NCBI RefSeq assembly: GCF_006345805.1
Contig: NC_043011.1
Coordinates: 54,510,464-54,574,463, forward strand
Source: Octopus sinensis
Taxonomy: Eukaryota
Reading direction: 5' to 3'
Length of the DNA stretch: 64,000 nucleotides
This document shows, piece after piece, positions 11,871 through 26,350 of the stretch (its first letter is position 1; each line of letters starts with the position of its first letter). Below the pieces are notes generated by a model. The model worked only from the letters and a program-made list of their open reading frames with translations. It was not told where the DNA came from and made no database searches. The position numbers were made by a program, and so were the translations under genes.

Positions 11871-12149
11871 ATGTTTCCAGAGTTGAATTATTCAAACCCC
11901 AAAGAATTCCTCTCGACACATGGCTATCATGGTTCCCAATATTTCTGCTCATGACCAGAGATGTACATATTATCAGCCACTAAGGGACATGCTCAACTGG
12001 TTAAGGTCTAAAACTAACAAGCAAATCTGTGGTATTGAGCAGAATATTTGCTGTTGCCCTTCTTGTACATGTTAACACTTCCAATCACTCAAGATCAAAA
12101 GCCATGAAAGCCACTGCCTGGTACTGCATCAGAGCATTTATTATCATTA

Positions 12150-14801
12150 TCATTATTATTATTATTACTATTATTATTATTATCATTATTAAAATTCCGC
12201 TGGGGTCGACTTTACCTTTCATCTTTTTGGGGTCAATTAGATAAGTACCAATTACACACTGGGGTCGATGTAATCGACTTAATCCCTTCCCCCAAATTTT
12301 GAGGCCTTGTGCTTCCAGTAGAAAGGATTATTATCATTATTATTTTCCTTATTATCATTATTATTATTATTATCATTATTATCCTTATTATTATTATTAT
12401 TATTATTATTATTTGGGCAATGGATTGGCAGAATTGCCAGAGCATTAAACAAAATACTCAGCAGGATTTGTTCTGAACTTTTACATTCCACCAAGGTCAA
12501 CTTTGCCTTAAATTTTTCTCTGTGGTTAATAAAATAAAGAACAAGCGAAGTAGAGGGGGTGGGCGGGGGTTCAACATAATGATAAAACACTCCCTCAAAG
12601 TATGTGGCTTTCTTCCTGCACCAGAAATTCTCAGTAGCAATAATTTGTTAGGCACAAGAGCGGAAACTGTGTAGTGGGAAGTTGTCAATTAAACCAACCC
12701 ACTTTTTGACTTGTATTTCATTGACCTTGGAGAGACAGAAAGCAAAGTTGTCAATGGTGGGATTAGAACTCAAGTTGTAAATTACTGAAACAAATAGTGT
12801 AAGACATTTTGTCTAATGCATTAATATTTTACACTTCACCGTCATCATCATCATCATCATTTAGTGTGCCTTGGTCCATGCTGGCATGGGTTGGACAGTT
12901 TGACCAGAACAGACAAACTAGCTCTGCTAGGTTCAATGTCTGTTTTTAGCATGGTTCCTACAGCTGGATGCCCTTCCTAATGCTAACCACTTAACAAAGT
13001 GTACTGGTCATTTTTTTATGTAGACCAGCACTGGTGAAGTTGCAAAGTATCCACAAGGTAAGACCCCTTAACCAAGCAGGGTATATCTAAGTGGAGGTGT
13101 GTGGCTCAGTATTGTGGTGTTGGACTCGTTATCATAAGATTGTAGTTTAGATCCTGGACTAAGCAATGCATTGTATTCTTGAGTGAAAGAAAGATCTCCT
13201 TCATTCATGAATGACACGGGATTGCACCCAGAAAGTTCCCCTCCAAAGCACAAATCTGGACAAGGTCGTTTATGGAAAACCAGCAGTCACCCATGGATAC
13301 CAACCTCCCCGCTCCGTGCTAGCGATGTTATCCAAAGGAAAGGCAAATACCGATATAGCTTGGTACCAGTGATGTTGAAACTCATTTCCACAGCTGAATA
13401 AACCCTGTCAGGCCCAACACTTGAAAGGAACTCAGCCACTTTGCCTCCATCAGGCCCAAGGTTCAAAAGATGTTCTTTATGTGCCACCAGCATGGGTGCA
13501 CTTGGCTTGACGGGTTCTCTCAAGCACAGCACATCACCAAAGGTCTCGTATTTTTAGTATCTAACTGGTACTTTATTTCACTGATTATTCCCCCCTCCAC
13601 ACACACACACACAAAATGGATATGAAAGGTAAATCTGACCCTGACAGGATTTGAACTCTGTGCAAAAGGAGTCAGAAGAAATACAACAAGCCATTTGTCC
13701 AACACTCTAAAGATTTAGCCAATGGAAAAATAATAAATACTTTGCAATTTTGGTACAGGGCCAGTAATTTTGATGGCAGGGGTGCAAGTCTATTACATCA
13801 ACCCCAGTATGTTACTGGTACTTTATTTTATCAACCCTGAAAGGATGAAAGGCAAAGTAGACCTCAACAATATTTGAACCCAGAATGTGAGGAGCCAGAA
13901 GAAACATAACTCAACATTTTGTCCAGCACATTGACTAATCGAGCAGCTCAATGCCTCAAAATCCAATAATAATAATAATGATAATAATAATGGCTTCAAA
14001 TTGTGGCACAAGACCAGCAATTTAAGTGGAGGAGGAATTACCTCAAGTGCCCATCTGGGACTTATTTTATCAACCCTAAAAGAAAAGGCAAAGTTAACCT
14101 CAACAGATTTCGAATAGATGGGGAAAATGTCTCTCAGTATTTTACTCAGCATGCTAATGATTGCACCAGCCCATTGCCTAAAACAATAATAATAATAATA
14201 ATAATAACAATAATAATAATAATAATAATAATTGATACTAAAAGCGCAAGGCCTGAAAATTCTGTGGGGAGGGGACTAGTAGATTAAATCAACCCCAGTG
14301 TTTCACTGGTACTTAATTTATCAACCCCGAAAGAATGAAAGGCAATGTCAACCACAGTGGAATTTGAACTTGGAACATAAAGACAGCTGAAATGCCGTTT
14401 AAGCATTTTACCTGGCATGCTAATGATTCTGCCAGCTCAATGCCTTCTTTTTTTCTCTCCTTCCTTTTCTTCGAAAGGATGAAAGACAAAGTTAACCACA
14501 GCAGGATTTGAACTCGGAACATTGTAAAGACAGACAAAATGGTGCTAAGCAATTTGTCCAGCATGCTAAAGGAATCTGCTAGCTTGCTGCTATTACTAGT
14601 ACTACTACTACTATTACTACTCTGGCACAAGGCCAGAAATTTGAAGGGAAGGGTAAGTTGATTACATCGGCCCCAGGGCTCAACTGGTTTTAATTTTATC
14701 ATCCCCAAAAAGATGAAAGGTAAAGACAGATAAAATGCTCCTAAGCATCTTGTCCAGCATCTTAATGATCTGTCAGTTTGCTACCTAACTACTACCACTA
14801 C

Positions 14802-14833
<32 letters not shown>

Positions 14834-15582
14834 TTAGGTGGCGAGCTGGCAGAATCATTAGGACAATGGTCAAAATGCTTAGTGGCATTTCATACGTCTT
14901 TACGTCCTGAGTTCAAATTCCGCCGAAGTTGACTTTACCTTTCATCCTTTTGGGGTCGATAAAATAAGTACCAGTTGTGTACTGGAGTTAATGCAATCAA
15001 CTACCTCTTTCTCCCAAGTTCCAGGCCTTGTGCCTTCAGTAGAAAGGCTTATTATTATTATTATTATTATCATTATTATCATTATTATTATTATTATTAT
15101 GAAGGTAGCAAGCTGGTAGAAATTGTTAGCATGCCGGGCAAAATACTTGGCAGTATTTCGCTCATTCAAATTCCACTGAGGTCGACTTGGTCTTTCAACC
15201 TTTCGAAGTCGATAAATTAAGTACCAGTTGAGTACTGGGGTCGATGTAATCGATTATCCCCCTCTCCCAAATTTCAGGCCTTGTGCCTATGGTAGAAAGG
15301 ATTATTATTATTATTATTGTTGCTATTATTATTATGGTGGCAAGCTCACAGAATCATTAGTACAATGGAAGAAATGCTTGTGGTATTTCACCCGTTGCTA
15401 CGTTCTGAGTTCAAATTCCACAAAGGTCAACTTTGCTTTTCATCCTTTCAGGGTCAATAAATTAAGTACAAGTGAAACACTGGAAGGGAGTCAATGTAAT
15501 CTCCCCACCCACCCACCCACCCCCAAAAATTCAGGCCTCGTGCCTCTAATAGAAAGGATTATTATTATTATTATTATTATTA

Positions 15583-15600
<18 letters not shown>
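12150..15600. mobile_element. Cluster of ~10 SINE family 2 copies or fragments in (TAA)n/(TAT)n tracts
   Basis: Repeated GAAAGGATGAAAGGCAAAGT-type centre on minus (13745-14790) and on plus (12200-12520, 14836-15560), separated by trinucleotide tails. Confidence 0.85.
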
Positions 15601-15613
<13 letters not shown>

Positions 15614-15786
15614 TCTTAGCTGCAAAGGCTGAAAGATAAAATAAGCAGACGAAGACTGATATCTAACCCAAAGTCTCTTTTGCTTTTTACCGTACCAAAA
15701 CCAATTAAATAAATGCTATATCATATGGAGCGGTGCTCCAGCATGGCCACAGTCAATAACTGTAACCAGTCAGAAATAAAGACTCT

Positions 15787-15824
<38 letters not shown>

Positions 15825-16527
15825 AAACCAGTGAACTGGCTGACCATATAGTAGTATTAGTTGTAGTAGTAGTAATAGTAGCTGTATCATCATATGACTA
15901 TAGTTTAGTAGTTTATAGCTGATTGTGTAGTACTGTGAGAAAGAGAGAGAGAGAGAGTGTGAGAGTGGCTAAGGTGGGGTGGGGGTGGAGACCAAGACAG
16001 ATTCTGCACTGTTAGTGTTTATAGACAAGAGACTATAACACTGATGATGGTTAGTGAATATCAATATCTGAGAACTGGGACACACAGACATATTTAAACA
16101 TAAAATGACAGACAGACCGACAGATAGATAGACGTATATACAGTAGAAAAAGGAAATGAGTGTTCAGTATTATAAATGGTGAGATCATTTACTGAATGCT
16201 GAAAGCTGTTACTCAGAGTTTTTCTCGTCAGTTTTGGATTATTGTTTAATACAGAGCACAGGAGTTAATAACGAGGAAGGAGAAAGAGTTGATTAGCAAC
16301 AGGAAGTATTGGTCGGTTAATGAAAAATAAGAATGGGAATATTTGTTGGCTTATGATAGTAACTATTGTTTGTTGTTTGGAAAATACTAACAAAAAAACA
16401 CATTTGGCCACTGATATAGTAAATATATTGCAGAGAAGATAGGTTGTACATAGCAATATGATATACAGGATAAAATGTGTGTGTGTGTGTGTGTGAAAAA
16501 TAGTAAGAATACAGAGCAGAGACTGCA

Positions 16528-16911
16528 GTGGAGGCACAATGGCCCAATGGTTAGGGCAGCGGACTCGCGGTCGGAGGATCGCGGTTTCGATTCCCAGACC
16601 AGGCATTTTGTGTGTTTATTGAGCGAAAACACCTAAAGCTCCACGAGGCTCCGGCAGGGGGTGGTGGCGACCCCTGTTGTACTCTTTTGCCCCAACTTTC
16701 TCTCACTCTTTCTTCCTGTTTCTTGTCCCCGACTTCCAACGCAACCGCTGAGCCTGGATGCACATTCATCCATCCGTCGATGCTCTCGGTGTCGGGGGTT
16801 GACCTGCTTTCTCTTCTGCGGGTTTTACGAATAGCAAAGGACCACGTTTCGGACTTCTCCCATCTTGCGAGCTCTGGGACGAAGACCGCTTCGCTCAACA
16901 GCAACAGCAGC
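16528..16911 (+). mobile_element. tRNA-derived SINE family 3, tail type a
   Basis: Head GTGGAGGCACAATGGCCCAATGGTTAG...GGTTTCGATTCCC; (CAG/CAA)n tail; 13-bp TSD AGCAGAGACTGCA at 16515-16527 and 16912-16924. Confidence 0.9.
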
Positions 16912-16924
16912 AGCAGAGACTGCA

Positions 16925-17500
16925 ACTTGCATGTCTTGCAAACAACTTGCACATGCAAATGCTACCAGTCAAAAACTCCACATACCGGAAGCCAGCAAGT
17001 GTATGGGGTCATCAGGAGAGAATGCGCACCGTTTCGGGGCCTACCTCTCAACAGCATCAATGCGTACCACCACCCCCCTCACTGATATGAGGCCCCACCT
17101 GCTAGATCAACTGGTTATCAAATAAAGCACAATATTCTTCTAGCCATCGCTCATCGTCTCTTTTTAACCAAATCCAGTGGCTAGCCTTCTCCACTGTAGT
17201 TTGGATGTAGGTCATGGTGGTATTGACTTTACGATAACAACAGTCGTCTCACACTGTGTCCAACAAACCCTCTACATCCAACTTCGATTGGAAAATGCTC
17301 TGCTTTCCAGCCTATGTCTTCACATTCCTTGGGGAGATTTACATAAAGGATGAAGAAGCTCCAATTTCCAGAGACTGTTATTGTCATATGACTAAGGCTA
17401 TGAAGTAGGGACTTCTTCCAGTGTCTGCAGAAAGCATGCATCTCTGATTGCTTGTTCAGATGTTCTATCATCTTGGAATAGGATTGCTGTTTCCTCATCT
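16925..17500 (-). mobile_element. 3' relic of a HERO-like non-LTR retrotransposon (restriction-like endonuclease)
   Basis: LPKECEDIGWKAEHFPIEVGCRGFVG and IQTTVEKASHWIWLKRDD match the HERO RLE and C-terminal motifs. Confidence 0.7.
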
Positions 17501-17747
17501 CATTTACATAAACCTGGCAGTATAGATTCTAATGAAAATTACAATGTAAGGGTTACCATCAGACAAGCAAGCAATAAAGTTAAATGTTTGCCACACAAGA
17601 TCATCATCATGAATATCATCATTTTAAGATCCCTTTTTCCACTTGCATGGGTCAGATGAAGTTTATTGAGGCAGATTTTCTATAGCAAGAGTGGCTGTGT
17701 GGTAAGTAGCTTCCTTACCAACCACATGGTTCTGGGTTCAGTCCGTC

Positions 17748-17800
<53 letters not shown>

Positions 17801-17806
17801 CATATT

Positions 17807-17889
<83 letters not shown>

Positions 17890-18425
17890 ATATGTTTGTG
17901 TGTCTGTTTTTGTCCCCCTAGCATCGCTTGACAACCGATGCTGGTGTGTTTACGTCCTCGTCACTTAGCAGTTCGGCAAAAATTTACTGGATGATTAAGC
18001 TTGAGAGTAGGATGTGTTCAAAAGGCCATCTCTACATGAGATATAGTAATGCATGCAAAGCAGACCATTGTTCAGCATGCATTGGAACAGAGTCGAGAGA
18101 GAACAGAACAACAAACTATCAATCTCGGTCATTGTGAAGACAAGAGTGACAAAAGGGGCAGAAGACAGGGGTTGGCTTTGGGCACAAAAAATAAATAAAT
18201 AAATAAAAGCAAAGGTGGAAGGCATCAACTCTACACAGCAACAGAAGTTCTCATTTACGGTGTCAGCAACAAGGAACGACACTTTTAACATTTCTAGCAT
18301 TTAAACTGGACTTGTCTGGCCAAAATAAGCAATCACATCATCAAAGCTAACACCGGAGACTAGCAGAGGCCCGCAGCTCACAAGGCATCCAAACTATGCT
18401 GGCATGGAAAATGGACATCAAATGT

Positions 18426-18456
<31 letters not shown>

Positions 18457-19490
18457 AATGATGATGATGATAACGATGATGATGATGTGATGATGATCAT
18501 AATGATGATGATGGTGATGATGAGTCATGTTTTCTTTCAAGTTAGAATTTTCAGTTAGGCCAATATAAGATCCATGAGCGAAATTGTTGCCAAGGTGAAC
18601 TTGAGCAGAGCTGACTAAAGCTTTTGAAAGACACTGCAAAGGGAAAAATTATGAAGCAGTTGGCAGTAAAAGAAGAGATTATATTACTGGTGGACAGATT
18701 TTTGGCATTAAATTGGTAATAAAACTTATAAAGTTCTTAAACAAGACTAGCTCTCCTTAATCGTGTTCTTATTAAAAAGCTTATAATGTAATTTATCAAG
18801 AAATGAAAAGAAATTAAAGAAGTCTCTAGCAATATAAGGACAGACATTCAGACTAACTACGGATTATATGATACACCTTGATCAGCTTTTATGCTTGGCT
18901 GTAATGAAGTTCATGCAGTATATTTTTATCTGTGAATCATTATTACTTAGTGCCTCGTTAAAATAGTGATAAGACTGGATTTTTTTTTATTTGCTACAGT
19001 AATTCAAAAACAGAGTAAATAAAAAACTTGGTCAAGGGTTTTCAGCTAGTACCCACCATAGCCTGGAGTGGAGAGCATTGTTTTTTCTTGTACCTTAATG
19101 TGTTTGTTTTTTATTAACCTTTGGAATCAGGACAACCTTTCTGCTGCACTCTGCACATTACTACATATCTTTCATGCCTCCTCTCAAGGGAATAGAGTCT
19201 CAGTTCTTTTAGCCTTTCTCGGTAGTTCACCATTGCACTGAAGCAATCTTCTAAGGGTAGTGGCATTGGATTGTCCTAAGTTCCACTGCTAGTTTGAAGC
19301 TTTGAGGTAACCGTAACCAGGAGAAGTAGTCAAAGCAACTGAGAACAAATGTAATCTATGAGATCAACACTGCATCAATTTCATCCATGTTCTGAATATA
19401 ACTGTCATCTCCATAATATACACAAGGAATGATACATCATTACACATGTGGATTCTCAGAACACACACCAACTGTATGAATACAGACATA

Positions 19491-20059
19491 TATTGGGTTG
19501 TCCGAAAAGTTTGTGCCGATTTTTAAAGGAAAGAAAAAGGTCAATAAATACTTCCCATTACATTTTTAATCAACCAAACACGAACCATTTTGCTGTACAA
19601 TGCATCTCCATCTTTCTTTTAACTTGAAAATACCCTCTTCCCAGAATTGAGGTGGTTTCATGGCAAAGAATTCATCAAGGTATCTTTTTACGTCATCCAA
19701 GGAATTGGAATTTTTACCATTAAGACTATTCTGCAGAGACCTGAATAAGTTGAAACCTGAAGGAGTAATATCTGGTGAATATGGAGGGCGGTGTAACACA
19801 TCCCAGCCAAGCTGCAGCAATTTTTATCTGGTTCCCAAAGATCAAGTGCCAAAAATGAACTTTCTTATCTTCCATTTTAAAGGGTTACAGAATTAACACA
19901 GGTTATAGGAACATAAACCTTCTTCCATGAAAAGATAGCTTAAACTGTGCTCTAAATGGAGGTGTAGTCAAATCTTATTTTATGGACTCAAACATATTCT
20001 AAAATAAGTCGAAAGGTAAGCTGCTATAAATCGGCACGAACTTTCCAGACAACCCAATA
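19491..20059 (-). mobile_element. Internally deleted mariner transposon
   Basis: TIRs TATTGGGTTGTCCGAAAAGTTTGTGCCGATTT / AAATCGGCACGAACTTTCCAGACAACCCAATA with TA ends. ORF 19566-19820 contains PPYSPDITPSGFNLFRSLQN, a mariner YSPDLAP-region variant. Confidence 0.9.
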
Positions 20060-20505
20060 CATGTAAATGTACGCATACATGCTTGCATCGTTATTTATCA
20101 GCTTCCATGCTTGGTCATACAATTTGAGGGGATCTGAAAAGATCTGACGACTGCATCAGGCTTCAATGTCTACTCACCTTTCCTATGGTTGTATGGCCTT
20201 TCTGACACCAACCACTTTACAGGCTAAGGACTACAAATGAACCCCCCAACCCGATAACTGACAGGGTAGGGAAGAGAATATAAATGAGAATAGGTGTTGA
20301 TTGTAAGGGGGAAAGTGAAGAATGGGGGTGTACAGCAGGGAAGAAAGAGAACAGGAAGGGATTAATGACCGGGTTGAGCAAAAAGAAGTGATGGGGTTAA
20401 CACAAAACCCTTACACAACCTGCTATATTTATAGTAGGTTGTGTGAGGGGGTTTCTGAGGCTTTCCAAAATTATAAGGGGTGAGTATACAGGTATGTGGG
20501 TATAA

Positions 20506-20544
<39 letters not shown>

Positions 20545-20547
<3 letters not shown>

Positions 20548-21000
20548 ATGTATCTTTAATCTTTCACTTGTTTCAGTCATTAGACTGCGACCATGCTGGG
20601 GCAACACCTTGAACAATTTTAGTTGAATGAATCAACACCAGGATTTATTTTTTAAGCCTGATACTTATTCAATTGGTCTCTTTTGTTTAACTGCTAAGTT
20701 ACAGGGACATAAACAAACCAACACAGGTTATCAAGTGGTGCAAGTGGGGGAAAAACAGAGACACAAAGACACAAACATAGAAACATATATTTACATACAT
20801 ATAAATATACATACATATATACATATACATACAACAAGGATGGGTTTCTTTCAGTTTCTGTTTACCAAATCCACTCACAAGGTTTTGATTGACCCAAGGC
20901 AATAGCAGAAAACATTTGTCTAAGGCGCCACACAGTAGGACTGAACCTGGAACAATGTGGTGGGAAACAAACTTCTTACCACACAACCACGCTTACACCT
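20545..21000 (-). mobile_element. SINE family 1
   Basis: Reverse-complement match to 459-863. Confidence 0.8.
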
Positions 21001-21025
21001 ATATTTCTACACAAATATATATATA

Positions 21026-21069
<44 letters not shown>

Positions 21070-21344
21070 ATCATCATCATCATCATTTAACATCCATTTT
21101 CCATGCTGGTATGGGTTGGATGCTTTGACCAGACTTGGCAAGCCAGAGAGCAACACCTAGCCCCACTGCCTGCTTTGGCCCGATTTCTACGACCGGATGC
21201 CTGTCTGAATGCCAACCACTTTACAGGGTGCACTGGGAGCTTCATATGTGGCACCTGCATGCGTGCTTTGCATGTGGCACCAGATTGGGTAATTTATGCA
21301 TGGCACCAGTACAGGTGCTTTTTATGAGGCACCAAAACAGCTCG

Positions 21345-22330
21345 TGTGTATAATGTATGCATGTTTGTGTATGTGCATGTGTATATCACTATGTATGCAT
21401 GTGTATATGTATGTATTTATAATTGTGTATGCATGTGTATTTGTATTAGCATGACTGTATCCGTTTATGTGTGTGTGTAAATGAGCATGTATATATATGC
21501 ATGGACAAGTGTATGCATACGTGAATATATGTATGTCAATGTATGTGTGTATGTAAATGTGGTCAGGCATGCATGTACATAAGAGCATGTAAATAAGTAT
21601 GTATGTATGTTGCATGTATACACATATGTATATATATATGTATGTATGTATTATGTATGTATGTTGCATGTATATACGTATGTATGTATGTTGCAAGCAT
21701 GTATGTATGTATGTTGCATGCACGTATGTATGTATGTATGTAGCATGTATATACGTATGTATGTATGTATATTGCATGCATATAGGTATGTTGCATGCAG
21801 GTATGTATGTATGTAGCATGTATATACATATGTATGTATGTTGCATGTATATACGTATGTATGTTGCATGTATATACATATGTATGTATGTTGCATGTAT
21901 GTATATACGTATGTATGTATGTATGTGTGTATGTATGTTGCATGTATGTATGTATGTATGTATGTATGTGTGTATGTTGCATGTATGTATATATGTTGCA
22001 TGTATATACGTATGTATGTATGATGTATGTATGTATGTATGTATGCATGCAAGTATGTATGTATGATGTATGTATGTAATGTTATATGTATGTATATATT
22101 ATGTATGTATTGTATTATTTATGTATGTTGCATGTATGTATGTATGTTGCATGTATGTATGTATGTATGTATGTATGTGTGTATGTTGCATGTATGTATA
22201 TATGTTGCATGTATATACGTATGTATGTATGTATGTATGTATGTATGTATGCATGCAAGTATGTATGTATGTATGTATGTATGTATGTATGTATATATGT
22301 ATGTATATATGTATGTATGTATGTATGCCT
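21345..22330. repeat. Compound (ATGT)n/(ATGC)n microsatellite, ~1 kb
   Basis: Direct reading; source of the YVCM and HTYI ORFs. Confidence 0.95.
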
Positions 22331-22900
22331 GTCTTTTCCTCCTGATTGGTGTTTTATTGATTATTTCAACCAATCATCTGTTGGGTAATGAAGATGTAAA
22401 CAAAGTCTAGATTTTTTTTTTAAAGTGTCTCCTTCTTTTCATCCTCCTCTTTACTACCATTCCTGCTTCCAATTCTAAGCTGCTGTACACTTTTATTACT
22501 GCAGATACCATTATCACGCAGAGTATAGGAAGGAATTATGCAGAAGCATTCTTTCTCCAAGAATCTAAGTTCAGCCATACTTCAATCTTGGGAGGTTAGC
22601 TATGCATGCATGCATGTATGTATGTATTGGGGGGGTGTATATACATGTATCTAGACATGTAGTATGTATATGTGTGTATATGTATATATATTATATATAT
22701 ATATATATATTATATATAATATGTGTGTGTGTGTGTGTGTGTACACATAGGTATGAATGTAAATATGAATATATACATGTACATTTAGATGCACATATAC
22801 AAATGTATGTGTGCATTTATATATATATATATATACTTATATATAATATATATATATAATACTAATATATATACATATATATACACACACATATATATAG

Positions 22901-22940
<40 letters not shown>

Positions 22941-23049
22941 TATATATATTATATATACAGCCCATATACACACACACACACATATATATATACACATATA
23001 TACACACACACAGACACACACACACACATATATTATATACATATACAGA

Positions 23050-23434
23050 GTGGAGGTGCAATGGCCCAGTCGTTAGGGCAGCAGACTCGCAGTCAGGGGA
23101 TGGAGGTTTCGATTCCCAGACCGGGCATTGTGAGTGGTTATTGAGCGAAAACACCTAAAGCTCCACGAGGCTCCAGCAAGGGCTGGTGATGCACCCTGCT
23201 GTACTCTTTCACCACAACTTTCTCTCGCTCTTTCTTCCAGTTTCTGTTGTACCTGTATGTATTTCAAAGGGCCAGCCTTGTCACACTCTGTGTCATGCTG
23301 AGTCTCCTTGAGAACTACGTTAAGGGTACACATGTCTGTGGAGCGCTCAGCCACTTGCACTTTAATTTCTCAAGCAGGCTGTTCCATTGATCGGATCAAC
23401 TGGAACCCTCGGCGTTGCAAGCGACGGAATGCCT
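23050..23434 (+). mobile_element. SINE family 3, tail type b
   Basis: Same head as 16528; tail matches 50870-51255. Confidence 0.85.
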
Positions 23435-23436
23435 CA

Positions 23437-23706
23437 AAGTATATATTTATATTAATATATATATTTTTTATATATATTTATATATTTTTTATTTATTTAT
23501 ATATATATTTTTTATATATATTTATATTTTTTATATATATTTATTATATAGTTATATTTTTATAATATTTATATATATATATTGTTTATATATATATATA
23601 TATATATTTTTTATATATATTTTATATATATATTTTTTATATATATTATATTATATATTTTTTATTATATTTATTATATATTTTTTATATATATTTATAT
23701 TTTTTG

Positions 23707-23779
<73 letters not shown>

Positions 23780-23800
23780 TATAAATATTTATATATATAT
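23437..23800. repeat. Near-pure A/T low-complexity (TA)n-derived tract
   Basis: Direct reading. Confidence 0.95.
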
Positions 23801-24443
23801 GTGTGTGTATGTGAGAGTGATGTGTGTGTGTGTGTATGTATATATGTATGTATGGTATGGAGGTATGTATGGGGGAGTGCCTATTCATATATGTATATAG
23901 ATATATGTAGTTAGGAATTTCAGTAACACAAAGTTAAAAATAAAACCTCTGACGTATTTAATGACACAGATTCTATTGGTGGCGGTGGTGGCGGTGGTGG
24001 TGGTGTTGGTGGTGGTGGTGTGGTGCCGGTGCAGGACATTTTAAAATCACATTCAAGCTGGTAAACATATTATATGTGGTGGTGGTCGCCACGGTGGCGG
24101 TGAGGAAACGGCAATGCTGATGTGAAAGAAAAAGAGGTGGAGTAGGAGGAGATGAGAGACTGTAGTGGGAGGAACAGACAGAAGTATTTTATCAATGTTC
24201 TCTGTGTTCCTTTAATACACATGTACACATAAATAAACACACACACACATATATATATATGCATATATGCATATATGTGTATGCATATATGTATGCATAC
24301 ACATAAATACATATATATATATACACACAAACATACATATATATAAATAGATACATATACACACATATATACATATGTGACGTCCTGTACCCATATATGC
24401 ATATGTGTGTGTGTGTGTGTGTGTGTATGTGTGTGTATATATA

Positions 24444-24485
<42 letters not shown>

Positions 24486-24619
24486 CATATACATTATTTA
24501 ACTGATCATGATGCACCCATTTCCAAGTATATATATAATATATATATATATATATACATACATACACACACACACGTATAAACATATGCATATACGTACA
24601 TATATATATGCATATACAT

Positions 24620-25100
24620 ATATATATATATATTCTTTTCTGTTGGGGCAAATGAAATCGGAATCGAAATTGAACCAATCCTATGACTGGCACCTGGCAG
24701 TTGCCAGTGCCGCTGGACTGACTCCTGAGCAGGTGACAAGTAAAGAAACACCGTTTCGACCCTGTGCTTGAGGAGACCTATTTAGTCAAGTACATCAACA
24801 TCAAAAATCAACGGAAATTTGTAGTTGTGATCCCTGTGCCGATGGCACGTAAAAAGCACCATCCGAACGTGGCCAATGCCAGCGCCACCTTGACTGGCTG
24901 TGTAGCCATTGCCAGCCTCGCCTGGCACATAAAAAGCACCCACTACACTAATGGAGTGGTTGGTGTTAGGAAGGACATCCAGCTGTAGAAACACTGCCAG
25001 ATCAGACTGGAGCCTGGTGCAGCCTTCTGGATTCCCAGATCCCCGGTCGAACCGTCCAACCCATGCTAGCATGGAAAACGGACGTTAAATGATGATGATG
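24620..25100 (+). mobile_element. Longer 3' UTR copy of a related RTE subfamily
   Basis: Shares GACCTATTTAGTCAAGT/ACATCAACATCAAAAATCAACGGAAATT with 31140-31220 and has the standard tail. Confidence 0.75.
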
Positions 25101-25837
25101 ATTCTTTTCTATTCCAGTTATTTTCTATTCTGAAATTTTGGGGAGAGGCCAGTCAATTAGATCAACCACAGTACGCAACTGGTACTTAATTTATCAACCC
25201 CAAAATGATGATAGGCAAAGTCAACCTCGGCGGAATTTGAACTCAGAACGTAACGGCAGACAAAATACCGCTAAGCATTTCACTCGGCGTTCAAACACAC
25301 ACACATATATATTATATACATTCATACATACATATATAGACACACAGCTTTTCTTTCCAGCACACACTGAAAACGTGACTATATCCTAATTTCATCTTTT
25401 CCATTAATATTTCTCATATCTGCATAACAGACCCTTGGAACTATAAATCTCTAAACTCATACCACTATGTTTCTAGACCACCTCTGCCTCATTTTCAGGA
25501 CACAGGGTGGTTGTTGGCTTCTGTACTGCCACTTTTATAGTCACTGGCTAATGTTTATACAGATTTTCCTACATAGTTTTACTGTGCGAATGCTAGAGCT
25601 TGTATATATCTGCAATATGCTGTTAATAAGGATGTTTTTGATCTTCTTCTGCTTGCATTGTATTACTAGCATCTGTTTATGGTTTGATGTATCTTGTTTT
25701 CTTTTATTAGATTTTTCATTATATGTTCATCTGTTCTGTACCTGGTATGCATTTGATAAACATAATACTCTTTGTGTGTTCCAAATGTACTTTACATAAT
25801 TCTATCACCTAATACATCTTTATATATATATATATAG

Positions 25838-25875
<38 letters not shown>

Positions 25876-25937
25876 CTATGTGTATCTATATCTATCTATC
25901 TATCTATATATATTATATAATATATATATATAGATAT

Positions 25938-26255
25938 TGGTGGCATGTAAAAAGCACCATTCGAGCATGGTCGATGCCAGTGCCACCTGACTGGCTCCCA
26001 TGCCGGTTGCATGTAAAAAGCACCATCCGAGGGTGGTCATTGCCGGTGCCACCTTACTGGGCCCCTGTGCCAGTGTCACATAAAATACACCCACTACACT
26101 CTCGGAGTAGTTGGTGTTAGGAAGGGCATCCAGATGTAGAAACCTTGCCAGAACAGATTGGAGCCTGGCACAGCCCTCTGGCTTGCCAGCCCTCAGTCAA
26201 ACCGTCCAACCCATGCCAGCATGGAAAGTGGACGTTAAAAGATGACGACGATGAT
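25938..26255 (+). mobile_element. RTE 3' UTR copy
   Basis: Standard tail and (GAT)n end. Confidence 0.8.
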
Positions 26256-26350
26256 GAACACACACACAAACACATTCATGAGCTTTGACTATTGAGAGGA
26301 CATGTGAAGGCCTGGAAGGAATGAAGCCAGCATGTTCCATTGAATGGGTA

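Noticed and set aside
21322-22410. Many overlapping ORFs (YVCM/HTYI-rich), also at 39462-40157 and 48695-49527
   Set aside because: They are translations of (ATGT)n, (TA)n and (CA)n microsatellites, open in several frames on both strands.
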